Shown here piece by piece: positions 45,815 to 56,676 of a stretch of 64,000 nt of DNA. Position numbers and translations under genes: made by a program. Source of the DNA: an uncultured bacterium (GTDB lineage Bacteria; Krumholzibacteriota; Krumholzibacteriia; JACNKJ01); contig CAVOFT010000001.1 in NCBI GenBank assembly GCA_963695095.1, forward strand, positions 1,024,001 through 1,088,000. The letters are read 5' to 3'. Position 1 is the first letter of the stretch. Every line of letters starts with the position of its first letter. The notes under the pieces are model-generated. The model was not told the origin of the DNA. It saw only the letters and a list, made by a program, of their open reading frames with translations, and ran no database searches.

Positions 45815-46561
45815 ATGCCTGTCCGCCCGCTCTGCCTGGCCCTGCTGCTCCTCCTGCCCGCCCTGCCTCGGCCTCTGGCGGCGGCACCGCCCGAAGCCGT
45901 GGCGGCGGATCCCTACGAGGGGATCCGCCTGGAGATGGTCCGGCGGCAAATCGAGGCCCGGGGCGTCAAGGACCCGGCGGTCCTGGCGGCCCTGCGCCGC
46001 GTGCCCCGTCACCGCTTCGTTCCTGCGGCCATGGTCGGAGAAGCCTACGCCGACCATCCGCTGGCCATCGGCGAAGGCCAGACGATCTCCCAGCCCTACA
46101 TCGTGGGGCTGATGACGGAATTGCTGCAGGTCTCGCCCGGGCAGCGCGTCCTCGAGATCGGCACGGGCTCCGGCTACCAGGCAGCCGTGCTCGCCGAACT
46201 CGGCGCCGAAGTCTACAGCATCGAGATCGTGGAGACCCTCGGCCGGCAGGCGGCGGCTCGGCTCGCGGTTCTCGGCTACGAGCGCATCCAGCTGCGCATC
46301 GGCGACGGCTATCGCGGCTGGCCGGAGCGGGGCCCCTTTGCGGGCATCCTCGTCACGGCGGCCCCGGACCACATCCCACGCCCGCTGCTCGATCAGCTTG
46401 CTCCCGGCGGTCGCCTGGTGATTCCGGTGGGAGAGGACCTGCAGCAACTCGAGGTGCATCGCCGCCGACCCGAAGACGGCCCCGAGGGGCCGGTCTTCGA
46501 GCGCGAGATCGTGCTGCCGGTGCGCTTCGTGCCCATGACCGGCGAGGCTGAGCGCCGCTGA
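45815..46561 (+). CDS. pcm: protein-L-isoaspartate O-methyltransferase
   Basis: VPRHRFV, GQTISQPYIV, VLEIGTGSGYQAAVL, PVRFVPM; signal-peptide-like N-terminus. Confidence 0.93.
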   Translation: MPVRPLCLALLLLLPALPRPLAAAPPEAVAADPYEGIRLEMVRRQIEARGVKDPAVLAALRRVPRHRFVPAAMVGEAYADHPLAIGEGQTISQPYIVGLMTELLQVSPGQRVLEIGTGSGYQAAVLAELGAEVYSIEIVETLGRQAAARLAVLGYERIQLRIGDGYRGWPERGPFAGILVTAAPDHIPRPLLDQLAPGGRLVIPVGEDLQQLEVHRRRPEDGPEGPVFEREIVLPVRFVPMTGEAERR

Positions 46562-46701
46562 TCGCCGACGGTTATCACTGGCCTCGCCTCTCGCGAGCCC
46601 ATGGCGCATAAAATCGGACAAAACACATGCGTTTATCCTGTTAAGCTTGCGGGTCCCGCTTGCCTCGCCTAGGCTTTGCTTCCCTGCGAAGGAGGTAGGC
46701 C

Positions 46702-48042
46702 ATGCGATGGATACTCGGCGCGCTCCTGCTGAGCGCGACTCTCAGCGCTGTTGCTGCGGCCCAGCCGGCGGGTGACGCAGCCCTGGGCACGCGGGACTAC
46801 GACGACTACGAGCGTCCGGAGACCTGCGCGACCTGTCACGGCGACTTCTACCAGCAGTGGCGCCAGGCCATGATGTCCCAGGCCTACACGCATCACTGGG
46901 ACGAGATCGAGTACTTCGCGCTTGCGGTGCCGCACGCCGAGATCGACGAGAAGGTGGCCGACGTCAAGGCCGGCTGCAATGGCTGTCACGCTCCCATCGC
47001 CTTCCTCGCCGGCGATGTGCCGCCGCCGCGCCCAGAAGCGGGCTCCCGCGCCAACGAGTCGGTGTCCTGCGATCTCTGCCACAGCCTGCGCGGCTTCAGT
47101 GGCGATACGCCCTACAACTTCAACTGGATCACCGAGCCGGGCCCGGTGAAGGTCGGGCGCAAGGGCGGCGTCGATTCGCCCCACCACGAGTCCGTGCAGT
47201 CGGACTTCATCAGCCAGGCCGAATTCTGCGGCACTTGTCACAACGAGATGAGTCCCTACGGCGTCTGGGTCAAGTCCACCCAGCTCGAGTGGAAGGCCGG
47301 CCCCTATGCCGCCGAGGGGGTGCGCTGCCACAACTGCCACATGCCGCGCGCGGAGGGCCTGAGCGCCGACATGGGCGAGCCCGGCCTCGTGGCGCAGCAC
47401 CTCTTCCACGGCGCCCACGATGCGGGCAAGCTGGCCGGCGCCGTCGAGATGCGGGTGCATCCCGATGAGCGGGAGCAGCCCCTGGACGGCAGCGTCGTCT
47501 TCACCGTTCAGCTCTTCAATGCGAAGGCCGGGCACAAGATCCCCACGGGCTCGGTGGAGGACCGCATCGTCTGGTTGCACGTGACCGCGCGCGACGCGGA
47601 GGGCAAGACCTATCACCTGCCGGTGGACGCCAAGGGCTTCGCGGGCGAGGAGTACACGATCGCCGCCGACGTGCTCGCCTATCAGGACATGGGCATTCCC
47701 CTCGGCAAACCTGACTTCGCCGGCGTGCAGCGGGACGGCGTGCCCTTCGGGGACCGCATCTTCCGCATGCCCTACTTCGATTCCCAGGGCCGCATGACCA
47801 TCATGCAGTGGAACACGGCCTCCCTGGGCGTGGACTATCGGCTCGGACCCCGCGAGACCAAGCTCGAGACCTTCACCTGGGAGCTGCCGGAGGACATCGC
47901 CCTCGGCCGCGTCGAGATCCTCGCCGAGCTGAACTACCAGAAGCTCGTCGCGCCGGTGGCGGCCTTCCTCGATGTGCCCGCCGATGAGGCGGAGCTTGTA
48001 CCCATCAATCGCGCCAGCACCTGGATCGAGGTCTACGACTAG
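46702..48042 (+). CDS. periplasmic multiheme c-type cytochrome (5 CxxCH)
   Basis: CATCH, CNGCH, CDLCH, CGTCH, CHNCH; GHKIPTG; signal peptide. Confidence 0.88.
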   Translation: MRWILGALLLSATLSAVAAAQPAGDAALGTRDYDDYERPETCATCHGDFYQQWRQAMMSQAYTHHWDEIEYFALAVPHAEIDEKVADVKAGCNGCHAPIAFLAGDVPPPRPEAGSRANESVSCDLCHSLRGFSGDTPYNFNWITEPGPVKVGRKGGVDSPHHESVQSDFISQAEFCGTCHNEMSPYGVWVKSTQLEWKAGPYAAEGVRCHNCHMPRAEGLSADMGEPGLVAQHLFHGAHDAGKLAGAVEMRVHPDEREQPLDGSVVFTVQLFNAKAGHKIPTGSVEDRIVWLHVTARDAEGKTYHLPVDAKGFAGEEYTIAADVLAYQDMGIPLGKPDFAGVQRDGVPFGDRIFRMPYFDSQGRMTIMQWNTASLGVDYRLGPRETKLETFTWELPEDIALGRVEILAELNYQKLVAPVAAFLDVPADEAELVPINRASTWIEVYD

Positions 48043-48056
48043 AAAGGAGCCCCGCC

Positions 48057-49238
48057 ATGAAGCTGCCTCGCCCGTTGCTCGCCCTCCTCGCCCTGGCCCT
48101 GCTGACGCCCGCGGACGCGGGGGCGATTCCCGCCTTCGCGCGCCGCCACAAGCTCTCCTGCAGCACCTGCCACGCGCCGTTTCCGCGGCTAAAGGCCTAT
48201 GGCGACGAGTTCGCCGGCGCCGGCTTCGTCATTCCCGAGCAGGAGAAGGCGCGCGACTACGTCGCCGCGGGGGACGAACTGCTCTGGCTCAACCGCGACT
48301 TTCCCCTGGCCGTCCGCTTCGAGGCCTTCGGCGTCTACACGCAAGAGGCGACCGTGGAGAACGATCTCCAGTCGCCCTGGGGTTTGAAGCTCCTCTCGGG
48401 CGGCGCGCTCGGCCGCGGGGTCGGCTACTACTTCTACTTCTACATGTCCGAGCGCGGCGAAGTGGCCGGCGTCGAAGACGCCTATCTCCACTTCAACGAC
48501 ATCGGCGGCCTCCCCTTCGACGTCATGGTGGGGCAGTTCCAGATCTGCGATCCCCTGATGAAGCGGGAGCTGCGCCTCACCTTCGAGGACTATCTCATCT
48601 ACAAGCTCAAGGTGGGGGAGTCGGGCACCGACCTCGCCTACGATCGCGGGCTCATCTTCACCTACGGCCTCGAGGCGACGGGAACGGATCTGGTCGCCAT
48701 GCTCGTCAACGGCAACGGCAAGGCCGAGGCCGGGGACGCCGGCTTCGACAGCGACAACTTCAAGAACGTCGGCCTGCGCCTGAAGCAAGGTATCGGCGAC
48801 GCGCTGGGGATCGGTGGTTTCGCCTACCTGGGGAAGGAGCGGCTCACGGCGGCAGGTGCCGCGGCAGCGGCCGACAACGAGATCCGCTACCTGGGACCGG
48901 ACCTGACCCTGGCGATCGGCCCGGCTGCCCTCACCGCGCAGTACCTGCTGCGCCGGGACAGCAATCCCGGCTTCCTCGATGTGGAGCCGGCCGCGGAGAT
49001 CGAAACGGCGGGTTGGGTGGCGGAGCTCGTGCTCTCGCCGCAGGGCGATCTGGGCAGGCACTTCATCACCTTGCTCTACAATCGCATCGATTCGGACCTG
49101 GAGGCCCACGACTACGAAACGGTGACGGGGGGCCTAACCTACCTGTTGGCTCGCAATCTGCGCCTTTCGGGGGAGTACACGCGCGATCTCGAGGCTGCGC
49201 GCAGTCGCGTCGTCGTGGGCCTCACCGCGGGCTTCTAG
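48057..49238 (+). CDS. outer-membrane beta-barrel protein with N-terminal CxxCH
   Basis: signal peptide, [16 protein letters not shown], amphipathic strands, C-terminal Phe (VGLTAGF). Confidence 0.78.
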   Translation: MKLPRPLLALLALALLTPADAGAIPAFARRHKLSCSTCHAPFPRLKAYGDEFAGAGFVIPEQEKARDYVAAGDELLWLNRDFPLAVRFEAFGVYTQEATVENDLQSPWGLKLLSGGALGRGVGYYFYFYMSERGEVAGVEDAYLHFNDIGGLPFDVMVGQFQICDPLMKRELRLTFEDYLIYKLKVGESGTDLAYDRGLIFTYGLEATGTDLVAMLVNGNGKAEAGDAGFDSDNFKNVGLRLKQGIGDALGIGGFAYLGKERLTAAGAAAAADNEIRYLGPDLTLAIGPAALTAQYLLRRDSNPGFLDVEPAAEIETAGWVAELVLSPQGDLGRHFITLLYNRIDSDLEAHDYETVTGGLTYLLARNLRLSGEYTRDLEAARSRVVVGLTAGF

Positions 49239-49312
49239 CCACCGCCCTTGCGCCGCCGGCGCGGGCGGCCTATCTATCGTGGCAGGGGCCGCGGCGACAA
49301 GGAGGCGGCAGG

Positions 49313-49825
49313 ATGCGACGTTCGCTACTGCAGGCTGCGTTGCTGGCGATGGCGCTTGGGCTCTGCGGAGCCGCCCTCAGCGCCGCCCATGACGAGCCCG
49401 TACCCACGAAGGACGGCGACGTGAAGTACAATGCGCTCACCGCAGAGGAAGCCCGCGTGATCCTCCACAAGGGCACGGAGCGCCCGGGTAGCGGTCTACT
49501 CGAAGCTTTCTGGGAGAAGGGCAGCTACCTGTGCAAGCGCTGCAATGCGCCGCTGTACAGCTCCAGCAGCAAGTTCGACGCCGGCTGTGGCTGGCCCAGT
49601 TTCGACGATGAGCTTCCCGGTGCCGTGCGCCGCGTCACCGATGCCGACGGCCGGCGCACCGAGATCCTCTGCGCCAATTGCGGCGGGCACCTCGGCCACG
49701 TCTTCTTCGGCGAGGGCTTCACGGCCAAGAATACCCGGCACTGCGTGAATTCCATCTCCATGCAGTTCGTGCCGGCGGGCAAGGAGCTGCCGCCCGTGAT
49801 CGCACCGGAGGCCGCAGCCCCTTGA
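49313..49825 (+). CDS. msrB: peptide-methionine (R)-S-oxide reductase, exported
   Basis: [44 protein letters not shown]; signal peptide. Confidence 0.93.
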   Translation: MRRSLLQAALLAMALGLCGAALSAAHDEPVPTKDGDVKYNALTAEEARVILHKGTERPGSGLLEAFWEKGSYLCKRCNAPLYSSSSKFDAGCGWPSFDDELPGAVRRVTDADGRRTEILCANCGGHLGHVFFGEGFTAKNTRHCVNSISMQFVPAGKELPPVIAPEAAAP

Positions 49826-50355
49826 AGCGCGTCGAGCTTCCGCTGGGTGAATTCCGGGTGGAACCCTTCCGCATCTGGGACGCCGGCTGGTTCCTGCTCA
49901 CGGCGGGGAACTTCGCCGCCGGCCGCTTCAACACGATGACGGTGTCCTGGGGCAGCTTCGGCACGATCTGGAACCGGCCCTTCGCGCAGGTGGTGGTGCG
50001 TCCCACCCGTTACACCCAGGGCTTCCTGGACGCTCACGAGAGCTTCACCCTCTGCGCCTTTGGCGAGGAGCATCGCGAAGCCCTGCGCCTGCTGGGCACG
50101 AAGTCCGGCCGCGACGGCGACAAGATCGCCGCCTCTGGCCTGACCCCCGTCGCCGCCCTGCGCGTGGCCGCCCCCGTTTTCGCCGAAGCGCGGCTGAGCA
50201 TCGAGTGCCGCAAGCTGTACTGGCAGGATCTGGATCCGGCGCAGTTCCTCGACCCCGCGATCGAGGAGAGCTATCCGCGGCGGGACTACCACCGCGCCTA
50301 CTTCGGCGAAGTGCTGGCCCTGGCCGCGGTGGAGGACGGGCGCGTGTTCCCCTGA
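49822..50355 (+). CDS. flavin reductase family protein
   Basis: [29 protein letters not shown] start overlapping the msrB stop. Confidence 0.85.
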   Translation: MKRVELPLGEFRVEPFRIWDAGWFLLTAGNFAAGRFNTMTVSWGSFGTIWNRPFAQVVVRPTRYTQGFLDAHESFTLCAFGEEHREALRLLGTKSGRDGDKIAASGLTPVAALRVAAPVFAEARLSIECRKLYWQDLDPAQFLDPAIEESYPRRDYHRAYFGEVLALAAVEDGRVFP

Positions 50356-50360
50356 ACAGA

Positions 50361-50390
50361 AAGCCCCAGGGGCCTGCAGCCCCCGGGGCT
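50361..50390. terminator. hairpin between convergent genes
   Basis: AGCCCCAGGGG...CCCCCGGGGCT. Confidence 0.5.
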
Positions 50391-50425
50391 AGTCGTTGCC
50401 AGTTGCCCGCGGCGGGTGCGACCGG

Positions 50426-51484
50426 CTAGCGGCCGGCCCGGAAGCGCTCGAGCTGGCCCTGGAGGTAAGCATCCTCGGGGCTGAGTCCCAGCGCGCGGGT
50501 CATCACCGCGATCGCCTGCTCGACCTCGCCCCGCCGATAGTGCACCTCGGCCAGGGTGTCCAGGATGTTGCTGTCCTCGGGCTCCAGCGCAACGGCCCGC
50601 TCGGCGGCGACGAGGGCTTCGTCCAGGTGCAGATCGTGCGTCGCCGTGAACCAGGCCAGGGCGTTGAGGGTGCCGGCGTCGGTGTCGGTCCGCTTCAGCG
50701 TTCGCGTCAAGAGCCCGGCGACGCACTCGTTCTCGCGCTGGGCCGCTTCGGCGTCGCCCTGCGCCGTGAACCACTCGGCAAAGCGCATGTGCGCCTGCAC
50801 CAGGCCCTGCGCCTCGTAGATCGTGTAGAGCCGGCGCAGCTCGGCGATGGGCGTGGCGTGATCCTCCACGCGCACGTCCACGTAGCGCTCGGCGTACTCG
50901 GGAAAATCCGGATGGGCCCGCACGACGAGCAGGGCCGCCGACTGCTGGCCGCGGGAATCGCCGCCGGCGGCCTGTCCCGCCTCGAGGGCGGCGATCAGCC
51001 GGTCCGCCAGCTCGCGGCCGGCGCTCTCGCGATAGGCGCGGGCCATGCCGGCGACCACGGCTTCGCCGACCAGGATGTTGCCCTGGCAGCTGAAGTGCGC
51101 GCCTTGCGCATCGCCCGCCCAGTCGCTGCAGCCGGATCCCGTCCAGGCGGCGACGCGGCCCGCGGCGTCCACCAGGGCGAGCTGGCGGACCTCGCGACCT
51201 TCGTCGCCGGCAAGCAGACTGTCGCGCGCGGCGGCGGCGCTGAGGCCCGCCGCCATCAGCGCGAGCCCGCGCGGGCCGAAGGTTTCGTTGGACTGGGCCT
51301 GCGTGGCCACGGCGCCGACGCCGCCGGCCGCCCAGGCCACGCGGGGCCCGACGCCGTAGACCTTGGACTGCACGGCGACGCCCAGCTCGCCGGTCGCCGG
51401 GTCATAGGCCACGATGGAAAAGGTGGCGGCGGCCTGGCCGGCGCCGAGGACGAGGATGGCGAGTGCAAGGGCGAGGCGACGCAT
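50426..51484 (-). CDS. DUF1028 (Ntn-hydrolase-like) protein with C-terminal TPR
   Basis: TFSIVAYD...GVAVQS, GAVATQA, QGNIL, GGDSRGQQSAAL; TPR-like ILDTLAEVHY. Confidence 0.85.
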   Translation of the reverse strand: MRRLALALAILVLGAGQAAATFSIVAYDPATGELGVAVQSKVYGVGPRVAWAAGGVGAVATQAQSNETFGPRGLALMAAGLSAAAARDSLLAGDEGREVRQLALVDAAGRVAAWTGSGCSDWAGDAQGAHFSCQGNILVGEAVVAGMARAYRESAGRELADRLIAALEAGQAAGGDSRGQQSAALLVVRAHPDFPEYAERYVDVRVEDHATPIAELRRLYTIYEAQGLVQAHMRFAEWFTAQGDAEAAQRENECVAGLLTRTLKRTDTDAGTLNALAWFTATHDLHLDEALVAAERAVALEPEDSNILDTLAEVHYRRGEVEQAIAVMTRALGLSPEDAYLQGQLERFRAGR

Positions 51485-51546
51485 GGCGACCTCCGGGTGG
51501 GAGAGGACGCTAGCACAGCATAGAGCGGCCGCCTGCTGCAAGCGCC

Positions 51547-54264
51547 CTACTTGAGCATCACGAGGCGCTGCGTATCGCTGCGGCCGGCGGCGCTGAGCCG
51601 CGCCAGGTAGACGCCCGCCGCGGCCTCGCGGCCGGCGGCATCGCGGCCGTCCCAGTCCAGCTGCTGGCGCCCGGCGGGCAAGAGCCCCGCGGCGAGCACG
51701 CGCACCAGGCGACCCGCGACATCATAGACGGCGAGCTGCGCCTGCCCGGCGGCCGGCAGATCGAAGGCGATGGTCGTCTTCGGATTGAAGGGATTGGGAT
51801 AGCTGCCGGCGAGTCCGAAGGCCGCCGCCGTCTCGCCCGGAGCGCCCGTCACCGTCCAGGGCTCGGCAAAGAAGTGCTCGAGGATGAAGGCGATGTTCGC
51901 CCCGAGAGCCGTGAAGTCCATGCGATAGGGCCGGCCGGCCAGGTAGACGAACTGCCCGCCCTCGGGCCGGTGGCTGCCGCCGCCCGGCGGCTGGGCGTGC
52001 ACGCCGGTGCCCCGCGTGCCGCTGAAGCCCGATGTCGTCTGGCAGAGCAGTGTGCTGTTCGGCCCGACGCTCGTCGCGAAGACGTCGGTGTAGCTCTGCG
52101 AACCCGTGAAGGCGACGTTCACGAGGCCCGGGTAGACCGCCGTGCAGTTGCCGGGCGTGCCGCTGCCGTTGAAGGTGACGCCCAGGTAGTCCGCGAGGTT
52201 GCCGGCGAGGAAGCTCTCGCCCATGCGACCGAGCAGCAGCACGTTGCCGCCCACGGCGAGATAGGAGGCGATGGGTGTCTCCTGCCACTTGGGCAAGTCG
52301 CCCGCGTAGTTGTTGCCGACCCAGACCACGGTCGAGTACTGCCCGATCACCTCGCCGGGCACACTGCCATGGCCCAGCGGCGCGGGCAGGGTGGCCGGGT
52401 AGCCGCCGGCGGGCGCGGGGAAGGTATCCCAGAAGTCGAACTCGTTGCCGCCCCAGAAGACCTCGGCCAGGTAAGCGTTCTGGATCTCCGGTGCGTAGGT
52501 GTCCCAGTCCACGCCGTTGACCACCAGGATGCCGGCCGCAAACGTGGGGTTGCTCACCGTGGTCTGCACCTGGCGCAGGATCCAGCGATCGGGATCGAGC
52601 TGCACGCTCTCGACGGTGCCTGCCACCGAGAGCTGGTAGCTCTCGCTCGCCAGCGAATTCTCGACGACGAAGTCCGTGCTGCCCTGGTCCGTGTTCACGC
52701 GCAGGGTGATCGGCATCGCAAAGAGGCCCGTGTTCTCCTGGATCTGCTCGATGTCCACCTGGACCATGCCGGGCGTTGCCGTCCAGCCCAGGCGGTAGAC
52801 GGGGAAGTACTCGCCGTAGACCCACTGCTGGCAGAAGGCGTCCAGATCGCGGCCGCTCACGCCTTCGAGCACATCGCGGAGCTGCTCGGTGGTGGCGCTG
52901 CCGAAGCCGTACTGGGTGCGGTAGGCCGCGAGGCCGGCGAAGAAGTCCTCGTCGCCGAGCACGCCGCGCAGCATGTGCACCAGCCAGGCGCCCTTGTCGT
53001 AGCTGAGATTGCCGTCGAAGATGTTCTCGCTGTAGGGATTCTCGACGATCACCGTGCCGGGGCCGTAGTAGGCCATGCCGTCCATGTACTGGCGATAGGC
53101 CTCGGGGCCGCCGAGGGACTCGTAGTAGACGGCCTCGGTCCAACTCGCGAAGCCCTCGTTGAGCCAGATGTGGCTGAAGTCCGCGCAGGTGATCATGTCG
53201 CCGTACCACTGGTGACCCAGCTCGTGGGCGATGACGCTCTCCCACCAGCCGCCCATGCTGGTGCAGGTCTGATGCTCCATGCCGCCGCCCCAGGGGAACT
53301 GGGCATGGCCGTACTTCTCGTTGATGAAGGGATACTCGCCGAAGGCCGGGGCGAAAGCTTCGATCATGCCCACCACCTTGGCGTTGTTCTCGGCCGCATT
53401 GCCCACGTCGTCGGGATAGACGTAGAAGCGCACTTCCATGGGGTCGCCGCCGCCCATCGGCGTGTACCAGTCCGAGTTCACGGCATAGGGGTGGATGGCC
53501 AGGGACACCAGGTAGGGCACGATGGGGTAGCTGGAGTGCCAGTGGAAGCTACGCGTTCCGTTGCCATTGTCCACGTCCGCTTCCAGCGAGCCGTTCGAGG
53601 CCACGATCAGAGTGCTCGGCACCGTGACGCGGATGTCCATCGTCTCGGCCTTGTCGCTGTTCAGATCCTTGCAGGGCCACCACTCGCGAGCGCCGAAGGG
53701 CTCGCTCAGGGTCCAGATGATCGGCTGGCCCAGGTGGGTGTCCCAGCCGAAGGCTCCGCCGCTGGGATTGCCCGCGTAGCTCACGGAGGCCTGCACGGTC
53801 TCGCCCGGGCCGTAGCTGCGATCGAGATTCACGGTGAGCAGGCCCGCCGCGTGCGTCCAGGTGGTGGCGCCGCCGCCGGCCGTGCAAGCGGTCACGCTCA
53901 TGCCCGTGTCCAGATCCAGCTCCAGGGTGCTGATCGCAGCGCCCGTCACCTCGGCCGTGATGACGTTCGTGCCGGTGAGGATGTGCGTGGTCGGATTGAG
54001 GGCGAGCGTCAGGTCGTAGTGCTGGACGTCGTACTGCTCCTGATTGAAGGTGCGCTCGAAGAGCGCGAGCATCTGCCCTTCCGCGTTGCGCTGCTTGAGC
54101 TCGGCCTCCTTGGCGCGCTGTGCGCGGCTCTCGGCGAGCCGGGCTTCGATATCGAGTTCGTCGATGGGCCTGAGGCCACTGCCGGCGGGAGCCGCGAAGG
54201 CGGCGGGCGCGAGGACGAGGAGGAGGGCGAGAACGGGCACGGCAAGGCGGCGGACGCGGGGCAT
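51547..54264 (-). CDS. M1-family zinc aminopeptidase with FlgD-Ig/T9SS-like C-terminal domain
   Basis: GGMEH, HELGH...WLNEGFA, YDKGA; C-terminal YPNPFNP...WDGRD..G...AAGVYLARL. Confidence 0.9.
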   Translation of the reverse strand: MPRVRRLAVPVLALLLVLAPAAFAAPAGSGLRPIDELDIEARLAESRAQRAKEAELKQRNAEGQMLALFERTFNQEQYDVQHYDLTLALNPTTHILTGTNVITAEVTGAAISTLELDLDTGMSVTACTAGGGATTWTHAAGLLTVNLDRSYGPGETVQASVSYAGNPSGGAFGWDTHLGQPIIWTLSEPFGAREWWPCKDLNSDKAETMDIRVTVPSTLIVASNGSLEADVDNGNGTRSFHWHSSYPIVPYLVSLAIHPYAVNSDWYTPMGGGDPMEVRFYVYPDDVGNAAENNAKVVGMIEAFAPAFGEYPFINEKYGHAQFPWGGGMEHQTCTSMGGWWESVIAHELGHQWYGDMITCADFSHIWLNEGFASWTEAVYYESLGGPEAYRQYMDGMAYYGPGTVIVENPYSENIFDGNLSYDKGAWLVHMLRGVLGDEDFFAGLAAYRTQYGFGSATTEQLRDVLEGVSGRDLDAFCQQWVYGEYFPVYRLGWTATPGMVQVDIEQIQENTGLFAMPITLRVNTDQGSTDFVVENSLASESYQLSVAGTVESVQLDPDRWILRQVQTTVSNPTFAAGILVVNGVDWDTYAPEIQNAYLAEVFWGGNEFDFWDTFPAPAGGYPATLPAPLGHGSVPGEVIGQYSTVVWVGNNYAGDLPKWQETPIASYLAVGGNVLLLGRMGESFLAGNLADYLGVTFNGSGTPGNCTAVYPGLVNVAFTGSQSYTDVFATSVGPNSTLLCQTTSGFSGTRGTGVHAQPPGGGSHRPEGGQFVYLAGRPYRMDFTALGANIAFILEHFFAEPWTVTGAPGETAAAFGLAGSYPNPFNPKTTIAFDLPAAGQAQLAVYDVAGRLVRVLAAGLLPAGRQQLDWDGRDAAGREAAAGVYLARLSAAGRSDTQRLVMLK

Positions 54265-54353
54265 GGGGACACTCCGGGTTCGAGGATGGGCAGCTAGGCG
54301 GCTGGAATGGGATGCCGCTGTCGATGCAGGCGATGCTCGCCGCGCACATCGAG

Positions 54354-55337
54354 TTACAATCTTAGCACATTACCCTGCTGATGCGCCAGTCGATGACAGG
54401 CGCTGCAGAGCGTGACCAGATTGTCGGCAGCGTTGCCGCCGCCTTGCTCGCGCGGCCTCCGGTGGTGGATCTCGAGGAAATGCGTGTTTTCGCAACCCAG
54501 GCCCGCGCAGCGATGCCCGTCGCGGGTCAGCACGGCCCGCCGCTGCGCTGGCGGAACGGAGGCGCGGTTCGGTCGACCGGGAGCATGCTCGCGGCAATCG
54601 CAGGCCGCGGCAGCCGCCGCGGCGGGGGCCAGCGCCCGGCCGTCGGGCAGTTTCGCCCTTCCGCACTCTTCGCAGCGATAGATCACGATCTGGTAGGGAG
54701 GGGCGGCCTGGTTCCGGGCCGCCCGCGACTTGTCACGTGACAAGTCGGCTGCAAGAGCCGCGAAGGCAACGAGCAGCAGCTCGGCGCGAGGGCGCTGATC
54801 GCCCGCCTTGCGCAAGCGCTCGAGCATCGCCTCCAGCTGCGCGTGCTGCTCGGGACTCAGCGTGAAGCTGACCTGCACCGGCGGCGCGGGCAGCCGGGAC
54901 GGCGGGGTCTCGGCGAGCATACTCGGCTGCGCGAGATCTGCCGGCCTCGATGCCCGCGCTACCTTGACGGCCTGCTCCAGCTGCCGATTGCTTGCCTGCT
55001 TGGCAGCCTCCACCCAGCTGCGCTCGGATTGTGGAGTGGCCACTCTGGCGAGCGTGCGGGCTTTGGTCCAGCTCAACTCGCCCGCCGCGAGCGAGGCCTT
55101 CACCGCCGGCAGCGCCTCGAGCGCCTCGGCCAAGCGCATAAACTGCCAGGTCTTGTTGGCCGAAAAGCCCAACTCCACCTCCGCGTAGGCGTGAATGCTC
55201 GAGTAGCCCAGCTCGCGGTAGAGCTTGCGACACAGGATCTCCGCGAAGCAGCCGACGGCGTCGGCCTCGGCGGCGCGCAGGCGGGCGAGCGCCGCCTTGA
55301 GCGCGACGTGCAGCGCGGTCGCGGATTGCTCTGGCAT
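54354..55337 (-). CDS. HNH endonuclease with DUF222-like helical N-terminus
   Basis: LYRELGYSS...Y, GELSWTKAR, CEEC, RRAVLTRDGHRC...C...LEIHH...GG.N...NL..LCSACH..H. Confidence 0.85.
   Translation of the reverse strand: MPEQSATALHVALKAALARLRAAEADAVGCFAEILCRKLYRELGYSSIHAYAEVELGFSANKTWQFMRLAEALEALPAVKASLAAGELSWTKARTLARVATPQSERSWVEAAKQASNRQLEQAVKVARASRPADLAQPSMLAETPPSRLPAPPVQVSFTLSPEQHAQLEAMLERLRKAGDQRPRAELLLVAFAALAADLSRDKSRAARNQAAPPYQIVIYRCEECGRAKLPDGRALAPAAAAAAACDCREHAPGRPNRASVPPAQRRAVLTRDGHRCAGLGCENTHFLEIHHRRPREQGGGNAADNLVTLCSACHRLAHQQGNVLRL
54726..54747. repeat. 22-bp perfect palindrome inside the HNH gene
   Basis: CGACTTGTCACGTGACAAGTCG. Confidence 0.9.
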
Positions 55338-55374
55338 GGGAACCCCCGACGGGAAGGCGGGGGAGGATGCTGAT

Positions 55375-55403
55375 ATTATAATGACTCGATGTGCCGATGT
55401 CAA
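55375..55403 (-). promoter_or_regulatory. perfect-consensus sigma70 promoter for the HNH gene
   Basis: minus strand TTGACA-TCGGCACATCGAGTCAT(17)-TATAAT. Confidence 0.85.
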
Positions 55404-55460
55404 GAGGAGGCCTGAAATCGAGCAGTATTGCGCGATGGCGTTTCGCGCGGCGCTCGCAAG

Positions 55461-55480
55461 GACTTGTCACGTGACAAGTC
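55461..55480. repeat. second copy of the palindrome (20 bp), upstream of the HNH promoter
   Basis: GACTTGTCACGTGACAAGTC, identical to 54727-54746. Confidence 0.9.
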
Positions 55481-55512
55481 GCCGGGCGCCCGCCGCTGCG
55501 CAGGCGCTGCGC

Positions 55513-56505
55513 CTAGCGGAATTCCCCCGGTGGCTCGGGCCGATTGTCCAGGATCGATTCGATGCGCTCCATCATCGCCGGCGTCAGCTTGGCCGCCACC
55601 GCCAGCGCGCCCATGTTCTCCACGACCTGCTCGGGGCGGCTGGCGCCGGTGATCACCGAGCTCACCTGCGGGTTCTTGAGGCACCAGGCCAGGGCCAGCT
55701 GCGCGCGCGTGCAGCCCAGTTCCCCGGCCAGGGGCACGAGGCGCTTGGCCTTGGCCAGGCGCTGGGCCGCTTCCTCGCCCTCGAAGCTGGGCTTGAGCCA
55801 GGCGTACTGGGGCAGCGTGGATCGGCTGCCCGCCGGCACGCCCTTGTCGTACTTGCCCGTGAGCAGACCGCCGGCCAGCGGACTCCAGATCGTCGTGCCC
55901 AGACCGGGGTCTTCATAGAGCGGCGCATACTCGCGCTCCACCCGCTCGCGATGGAACATGTGGTACTGCGGCTGCTCCATCGTGGGCGGCACCAGGTGCT
56001 CGCGCCGCGCAACAGCGTGCGCATGGCGAATCTGCTCGGCGCTCCACTCGCTCGTGCCCCAGTAGAAGGCCCAGCCCTGGTCGACGACCCAGCTCATCGC
56101 GCGTACGGTTTCTTCCATCGGCGTGCGGGGGTCGGGACGGTGGCAGAAGACGAGATCCACGTAGTCGAGCTGCAAGCGGTCCAGCGCCGCCCGCGTGCCT
56201 TCGACGACGTGCTTGCGGCTGAGCCCGCGGTCGTTGGGGCCGCGCCCGCCCCAGAAGACCTTCGTGGAGATCACCAGGTCCCTGCGCTTCCAGTCCAGGC
56301 TCTTGAGCACGCGGCCCATGATCAGCTCCGACTCGCCGCCGGCATAGGCCTCGGCATTGTCGAAGAAGTTCACGCCGGCCTCGCGGGCGGCCTCCATGCA
56401 GGCGCAGGCCTCGGCCTCGCCGAGCTGCGTGCCGAAGGTGACCCAGGAACCGAAGCTGAGCGCTGAAACCTGCAGGCCGCTCTTGCCCAGGGCGCGGTAC
56501 TCCAT
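55513..56505 (-). CDS. aldo/keto reductase (Kv-beta-like)
   Basis: [57 protein letters not shown]. Confidence 0.92.
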   Translation of the reverse strand: MEYRALGKSGLQVSALSFGSWVTFGTQLGEAEACACMEAAREAGVNFFDNAEAYAGGESELIMGRVLKSLDWKRRDLVISTKVFWGGRGPNDRGLSRKHVVEGTRAALDRLQLDYVDLVFCHRPDPRTPMEETVRAMSWVVDQGWAFYWGTSEWSAEQIRHAHAVARREHLVPPTMEQPQYHMFHRERVEREYAPLYEDPGLGTTIWSPLAGGLLTGKYDKGVPAGSRSTLPQYAWLKPSFEGEEAAQRLAKAKRLVPLAGELGCTRAQLALAWCLKNPQVSSVITGASRPEQVVENMGALAVAAKLTPAMMERIESILDNRPEPPGEFR

Positions 56506-56676
56506 GATCACTCTCCTTGCCTGCGGCGCCGCGGCGCCAAGTCCGAGTCGAACGGCGCAGTTTAGGGCAAGGCGAGCCGGGAATCCAGATGCCCGCCGCT
56601 TTTTGTGCTTCGCAAGGAGCCGCGGGCAGGGCATCTTGAGCGCAGCGCGCTCCGCCGGCGCCGCGAAAGGACAGCG

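Noticed and set aside
56506..56676. Possible SAM riboswitch before the CBS/CGL genes
   Set aside because: A weak hairpin and T-run exist but I see no SAM-I or SAM-II conserved core.
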